From contig OX597821.1 of assembly GCA_951406725.2 (NCBI GenBank), forward strand, positions 87,420,001 through 87,484,000: a DNA stretch of 64,000 nucleotides. The letters run 5' to 3'. Shown here in pieces: positions 57,026 to 64,000 of the stretch. The notes below the pieces were generated by a model. The model made no database searches, had not been told where the DNA came from, and saw only the letters and a program-made list of their open reading frames with translations. How positions within the stretch are numbered: the stretch's first letter is position 1; each line of letters starts with the position of its first letter. This DNA comes from Octopus vulgaris. Its lineage: Eukaryota. The translations under genes and the position numbers were made by a program.

Positions 57026-57619
57026 GGAACAAAGTGGTGGTGATGATAATGTTGATGTTAATGGTGATGACGGTGGTGGCGATGACAATAACAATGATAG
57101 TGATAAAAATGGTGACGATGACGACGGTGATGACGATGGAAACTAGAACTAAATTTAGAAAATCGGTTGCAAAGGAAAGCCGACAACATACACACACAAC
57201 AACAGCAACAACGAGTGACATACCAACATCAACATCAATAAAACAACTGCAGTTCTTCCAAAATAGTCAAATGGGATGTAAACAAAATAAAATTCTAGCA
57301 GGAAGAGGAAAAATAGAGAACGAAACACACAAACGAACAAGTAAGAAACAAAAAAAATGGAACAGGAATACAGGAAGAACTAAATATAAAAAGAATGGTA
57401 GAAATGAAATGGAAATTTTGTGTAAAAGTGGGAAGGTAAAAGAATGAGTTTTATATGAAAGCAAGCAAAGTTATTTAGAAGCACCATGATGGGAATGTCT
57501 GTCGAATCACCTGACTAAGATTTAATTAGCAGGTTCAACTGACCTTAATTATAGATAGGTAAAATGATCATAATTAGACGATAAGAAGTGAATGAAGAAT
57601 AAAAAGAAGCTAGTGGTAT

Positions 57620-57638
57620 AATAATAATAATGATGATG

Positions 57639-57678
<40 letters not shown>

Positions 57679-57680
57679 TG

Positions 57681-57741
<61 letters not shown>

Positions 57742-57746
57742 TGATG

Positions 57747-57823
<77 letters not shown>

Positions 57824-57972
57824 TATTATTATTATTATAATACGAGTAATAATTATATGGTTGCAGACGATGATGATGATGATGATGGCTATGATGATGA
57901 TGATGATGATGATGATGGCGGTGATGATGGTAGTGGTGGTGGCGTTGGTGGTGGCGATGATGGCGGTGATGA
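57620..57972. repeat. (ATA)n/(ATG)n/(GTG)n microsatellite
   Basis: Direct. Confidence 0.93.
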
Positions 57973-58746
57973 TTTTTCACAAATGCATGATTGCTCGAGA
58001 TTTATAGAAATTGAGCAAAATGGAGGAGATAAGTTGATAGATTGATAGACAAATATGCAGCTAAATAAAAAGATAAAAAGGGATAGATAGACTGATGGAT
58101 ATATGGAGACAGAAAGAGAGAAAGAAAGAGAGAGTGAGAGGGGGAGAGAAAGAGAGAGTGAGAGTGAGAGATAGAGAGATAGAGAGAGAGAGATTGAGAG
58201 GGTTGCATGTTTAGCTTCATAGAATTATAAATAAAAACGGAAAGGCAGAGGTAAACAGTTACAAGCAAACTGACATAAACAAACACCTACATAAACGCAC
58301 ACATACACACACACGCGCATATACATACATACAAGCATGTATATATTTATGTTTGAAGTAATGTAGATAAGGTTAATATAGATTATATGTATATATGTAA
58401 CTGTATTATGAAAGCGAAATAATAAATTTAAATTAAAATATTTACATCTTCAAAAAATAGCGTAGAAAACTGATGATTCAAAATTGCGAAGGATTTTAAA
58501 GATGTTTTTTTATATTGTTTTGGATAATATAAAGCATAATAAAGAAGTGAATTCTTGGTTGTTTGTGTTATGTGATGTCATCTATTGTTGTTGCTTTGGG
58601 TGGGAAATGGATCGTAATTTTATTGCCGAAAGGAGTCGATAATTTGCAAAGTTGTTACATACGTAGATATATGAGTTTATCCAACCATGTTTCTGTCTGT
58701 CTGTATGTATGTACGTACACACACATTTAAGTGGGCATAAATGTTG

Positions 58747-58824
<78 letters not shown>

Positions 58825-58833
58825 AGTTGTTCT

Positions 58834-59006
58834 AAGGTGGCGAGCTGGCAGAAACGTTAGCCGGTCGAAATGCTTAGCGGTATTTCGTCTATCTTTACGT
58901 TCTGAGTTCAAATTACGCCGAGGTCGACTTTGCCTTTCATCCTTTCAGGGTCGATAAATCAAGTACCATTTATGTACTGCAGTCGATCTAATCTATTGCC
59001 CCCCCA

Positions 59007-59009
<3 letters not shown>
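58834..59009 (+). mobile_element. SINE-C copy, local duplicate of 60779-60960
   Basis: Shares private variants and the upstream 16-mer with 60763-60960. Confidence 0.88.
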
Positions 59010-59054
<45 letters not shown>

Positions 59055-59057
<3 letters not shown>

Positions 59058-59438
59058 GAGGCGCAGTGGCCCAGTGGCTAGGGCAGCAGACTCGCGGTCA
59101 TAGGATCGTGGTTTCGATTCCCAGACCGGGCGTTGTGAGTGTTTATTGAGCGAAAACACCTAAAAGTTCCACGAGGCTCCGGCAGGGATGGTGGTGATCC
59201 TTGCGGTACTCTTTCACCACAACTTTCTCTCACTCTTACTTCCTGCTTCTGTTGTACCTGTATTTCAAAAGGCCGGCCTTGTCACTCTCTGTGTCACGCT
59301 GAATATCCCGAGAACTACGTTAAGGGTACACGTGTCTGTGGAGTGCTCAGCCACTTACACGTTAATTTCACGAGCAGGCTGTTCCGTTGATTCGGATCAA
59401 CCGGAACCCTCGTCGTCGTAACCGACGGAGTGCTTCCA
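59055..59438 (+). mobile_element. SINE family A, full length, in (TA)n
   Basis: gtggaggcgcagtggcccagtggctaggg..ggtttcgattcc..gacggagtgcttcca. Confidence 0.92.
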
Positions 59439-59794
59439 TATATATATATATATATGTTTAGCCGTCTTGGTGGAAATGTTTGTATTGTTATTGCTGTTGT
59501 CTTCTTCTTCCAATCAGGACTCACGCCATTAGCCACAAAGAATAATCTCTAATTCGAGCCTACTCTAAGCTACTAAGAATGCGTGTGGCAACTTGAAGAT
59601 CCATCCACCACACGCGATAGACTGGCGGTTGCACGGGCGCGAAAGCTACGTTGTTATCCTCATTCCGTAAACGGTGGCTTTTAAGGGGTGAAGAGCTGAA
59701 CCATCCTGGGTTACAGAGGATTCGCAATCTAGACTAGGGTCTGAAAGTTTACCACACCATTTTGGGTAACACCATGGTCCCTCTGCTTTGTAGC

Positions 59795-59991
59795 AGAAGT
59801 AGGAAGAAAGGGTGACAGAAAGTTGTGGTGAAAGAGTACAGCGGGGTTCAAACCCCCACCCCCCGCCGGAGCCTCGTGGAGCTTAGGTATTTTTGCTCAA
59901 TAAACACTCACAATGCTCGGTCTGGGAATCGAAACCGCGTTCTTACGACCGCGAGTCTGCTGCCCTAACCACTGGGACATTGCGCCTCCAC
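59795..59991 (-). mobile_element. SINE family A, 5' half
   Basis: Head and first ~200 nt. Confidence 0.85.
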
Positions 59992-60095
59992 TTGTTGATG
60001 TTGATGGTAGCGATGATTCTTGAAGACACAGAATCTAGTAGTGATGGGGTTGGTTGTAATGGAATAAGAGTGAGAGGAAACTGATTTTAATGGCA

Positions 60096-61009
60096 ATATT
60101 TTAGTTGTTCTAAGGCGGCGAGCTGGCAGAATCGTTAGCATGCCGGGCTAAATGCCGCTACGTTCTGAGTTCAAATTCCGCCGAGGTCGATTTTGCCTTT
60201 CATCTTTTCGGGGTCGATTAAATAAGTGCCAGTTACGCAATGGAGTCGATGTAATCCACTTAATTCATTTGTCTGTCCCTGTTTCCCCCCTCTATGTTTA
60301 GCCCCTTGTGGGCAATAAAGAAATAAATATTTTATTTGTTCTAAGGCGGCGAGCTGGCAGAAACGTTAGCACGCCGAGCGAAATGCGTAGCCGTATTTCG
60401 TCTGCCGTTACGTTCTGAGTTCAAATTCTGCCGAGGAGGTCGCCTTTGCCGTTCATCCTTTCAGGGTCGATTAAATAAGTACCAGTTACGCACTGGGGTC
60501 AATATAATCGACTTAATCCGTTTGTCTGTCCTTGTTTATCCTCTCTGTGTTTAGCTCCTTGTGGGTAGTAAAGAAATAGGTATTTCGCTTGTCTTTACGT
60601 TCTGAGTTCAAATTCCACTGAGGTCGACTTTGGCTTTCATCCTTTCGGGGTCGATTAAATAAGTACCAGTTACGCACTGGAGTCGATGTAATCAACTTAA
60701 TCCGTTTTTCTGTCCTTGTTTGTTCCCTCCATGTTTAGCCCCTTTTGGGCAATAAAGAATAAATATTTGAGTTGTTCTAAGGTGGTGAGGTGGCAGAAAC
60801 TTTAGCTGGGCGAAATGCTTAGCGGTATTTCGTCTATCTTTACGTTCTGAGTTCAAATTCAGACGAGGTCGACTTTGCCTTTCATCCTTTCAGGGTCGAT
60901 AAATCAAGTACCATTTATGTACTGCGGTCGATCTAATCTATTGCCCCCCCCCCCACCACCAAATTTCAAGCCTTGTGCCTAGAGCAGAAAAGGATATTTT
61001 AGTTGTTCT
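60096..61009 (+). mobile_element. Head-to-tail SINE-C array delimited by four copies of a 16-bp direct repeat
   Basis: ATATTTTAGTTGTTCT at 60096, 60327 (1 mismatch), 60763 (1 mismatch), 60994; units 60112-60326 (tail 1), 60343-60762 (dimer, tail 1), 60779-60993 (tail 2). Confidence 0.92.
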
Positions 61010-61599
61010 TTTTGTTGATGTAGCTTACATCCCTCGGGATTGGCAGCTTTGAGAGTAAATCCTCACTATTGTTTACCGTTGCTCTTGTTGATGTTGTTTT
61101 CTTAATTGTTTTTTCTTGTCATCCGGGTTGTTGTGGTGGTTATTGAAGATGGTTGTACTACTCTTTTTTTTCTCTTGATTCCATTTTTTGTTGGTTCTTC
61201 GCAGCTCTTGATGTTCCTACGTGTATTTGTCACCATGACAACGATATTGCCATCAATGTTATGTGCAACAATTTTCAGAATGCTAGCGGATTTATTTCCT
61301 CTCTGAACCCCCCTCAGCCTCAATCCTTTTCACCCTCTCGCTCTCTTGCGTTTTTCCATCGACTATCATTATGAATTTATTTGAATGTATCTAGATTTTA
61401 CTGGAGAAAATCTAGATTTCATTGTTTTTAAAAAGCTTAAAGCATCCGACGCCCACTTTGGGTGTTTGTTACTTAAACAATTCCAGTCAGAAACATCTGG
61501 GAAGTTTCTCCTCAAAATAGTCAACACAACTTAGTTAAAGAAACAGTCAAAAGGATAGAAAACTTTCAGAAGTGATATCAATGTGATTTTTTTCTCTGC

Positions 61600-61900
61600 C
61601 TGGTACTCCGTCGGTTACAATGGTGAGCATTTCAGTTGACCCAATCAACGGAACAGCCAGCCTGCTCGTGAAGTTAACGCGCAAGTTGCTGTGCACTCCA
61701 CAGACACGCGTACTCTTAACATAGTTCTCAAGGAGATTCAGCATAACAGTGAATGGGACATGGCTGTCCCCTCTTGAATTACAGGTACAGTTATTTTTTT
61801 TCTCAGCTGAGTGGACTGGGGCAACGTGAGATAAAGTATCTTGCTGAAGGATGCAACGCACAGCCGGGACTCAAACTCATGGCCTTACGACCGTGGACCA
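61600..61900 (-). mobile_element. Older A-related SINE
   Basis: actccgtcggttac..caacggaacagcc..cactccacagacacg. Confidence 0.78.
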
Positions 61901-62017
61901 AATGAATAATCTGGGGGGGGGGGTTATTTCAGTGGCCAATCAGTGTGAGTTTCTTTGCCCTGGGTGTCGAGAAGATTCGGCAAGAAATGGAAACGAAATT
62001 AAAGAAAACAGCTGCTG

Positions 62018-62075
<58 letters not shown>

Positions 62076-62869
62076 CATTTTGGTTTAGGTGACTTTGATA
62101 CTTCAGTACCATAAGTAATGCCTGTTTATAATTTCTAGACTGTTCGGTTTGTCAGCTCTTAATTACAGCATTTGTGTCAGGCATTTAAGAATACAATTTA
62201 GAATTAGGATGGTTTTTCCATGAATTTAGAGGGGATTTTTTCCACAGTATGCTTCCAACTAACACCATTAATCCCCCGTAGTTGACATCTGGAGATTGAA
62301 AAGGCACAAAAAATTTTTTTGAAAATCACTTTACAATTAGAAAGCACCAAATGCTAATGCGTCAGTGTTTTGTTTTTCGGGATTACGTTCCTAGATAGAT
62401 TACCGGTCAAAGTTTACAAGTTGCAATCCACTCATGGAGTGAGTTATCCTGCATCAGGTAACCCTTGCTAATTTTCCTCTGAAGAGTATAACTAGATAGT
62501 CATGACTCTATCTTGGCTTCATCCCTCCTTTTGACAGGGCTTGTTTCTGCCCTGCTGAACGCCTAAGGTTTTCCTTACCAAGTCAGCAACCTGACTATGT
62601 CAAAGGTTGTAATAGATCACATATTATGGAAACACTCCTAAGTAAGCTGAGGGAACCAGTGCAAACACTAAGGTCCGCATTGTACTGAACTACTAAAGTA
62701 CTAAAGTCCGTATTGTACTAATGCATTATCTTTTATATCAGATACCCAAAAATTGAAATGTGTAGCCAAGTAACTTGCACGTTGTAATGGAAAAGTCTGG
62801 GAATGAAGTTTTGGCGAGGAAAAGAAGACAAAATCGGATGAACTATTGTCAAAAAGGTTACATGCCGAA

Positions 62870-64000
62870 ATCAATAGGTTATATGAAGAAGAATAAATGC
62901 TTGAATTGAAGAATATGACAATATTTGGAATTGCTGAAAATATCATCAACATCATGATATCCGACATTCCATATTTGGAACACAAAGCTGTATCTAGGAT
63001 TTGTCCATATTCAATGTTGCATTTTCCATGGAGATTCATTTTGTCCTTTTGTTCCTTGCTTTTGTTTTATCACTGATAACTGTCAATAAAATCATATGAA
63101 ACTGTTTGGATACAAATTTGGGAAGGAAGCTCCCAAACATTAATCACTTTCTATTTATAGTTGTTTACAAAATCAGAAAATTAAACTAATATGCAAGATT
63201 GTATTCTATTGTTGGTAGCATACAAGAACGGAGTTTAGCATTTCAGAGTGCACTGGAATTAGCTTAAGGAACAATATAAAAGAGACATGCAATGGTTTTT
63301 AGTTACCATCTGGAGAGAGTGATAGAAATATTGAATAAGCCATCAATAAATACAAATATGATAGAAAAGGTATAACAAGAGCAAATGAAAATGTTACAAA
63401 AGCCACCGAAGCTGCAATACAGAAGCTTGATTCCAGCCATCAATGGCCAAGCTGTAGTAATGATACGCTGCAATACTGCCCTTATTGGATTAAGGCAGTG
63501 GTTGAAAATCTTGACAGAAAAACTCAAAAGTTTGGTAGTGAGTAACATGTTACATCCACAAATAGGCTTGGTCTATTTGTACATACTTCGGGAGATTGGA
63601 GGTTGAAATTTTTTCCTGGTTGGAAGAATGTGTTTCCATTGAATATATAGACTTCAGTAAGTATTTGTTAATGAGTAATGAATTTCTTTTGCAGTATACT
63701 ATAAAAAAAATCATCTGTAATCTACTTCAGGAGTAGTGTAATGAAAACATAAGGAAGAAGGAAAATGAAATTATGCCCCTACATGATAAATTTCAAAGGG
63801 TATGGGGATCCCACAAAATTGAAGTTGTGGGATTGGCTAAGAAAGGAAGACCCGAAGCATCAAACTGGAAATGCAACATTTGCAGCTCAAAAGAAATTCC
63901 TTAACACAGACTCTGTGAAAAGAATATAAGATGTTTAATGTTATGTAGTCCGAAAATGGAAACTATGACTCATATTGTAAGTAATTGTAAAATGCTTGCA
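62870..64000 (+). mobile_element. Decayed R4/Dong-like (RLE-type) LINE, runs off the window
   Basis: Colinear remnants FGIAENII, FHGDSF, INHFLFI, IPAINGQAVVMIR..MLHPQ..LYILREIGG, LWDWLRKEDPKHQT..FAAQ and ETMTHIVSNCKMLA (CCHC region). Confidence 0.78.

Noticed and set aside
59055-59130. tRNA genes at SINE heads
   Set aside because: A/B boxes are present, but they continue into SINE bodies with no clean cloverleaf or terminator
60096-61009. True CRISPR array
   Set aside because: Eukaryotic context, no cas genes, 16-bp repeat, and 215-420-bp spacers that are all SINE copies; reported as a TSD-delimited array instead

Overview
Eukaryotic, AT-rich, repeat-saturated DNA. The SINE families, (TA)n/(TATG)n/(TCTA)n/(ATT)n microsatellites and LINE types suggest an octopus (coleoid cephalopod) intergenic or intronic region; this is an inference from repeat content, not a database result. 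Almost all listed ORFs are microsatellite or SINE artefacts. No intact host gene is visible, and only one candidate exon (minus strand, ~56.6-57.1 kb) shows codon-like bias. Mobile DNA: three abundant tRNA-headed SINE families (called A, B, C here, ~35 copies), CR1-like, L1/Tx1-like, RTE and R4/Dong-like LINE remnants, a mariner deletion derivative with intact TIRs, a decayed Helitron RepHel plus two non-autonomous Helitrons, a foldback-type MITE and Penelope-like termini with hammerhead-like motifs. Most interesting: (1) a repeat/spacer-like array at 60.1-61.0 kb, where one 16-bp sequence separates SINE-C units of different subtypes; (2) two SINE/LINE pairs sharing 3' tails, one with a covarying stem-loop; (3) a 142-bp palindrome carrying a variant minimal hammerhead motif. 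Coordinates were read by eye, and diverged ends are approximate.
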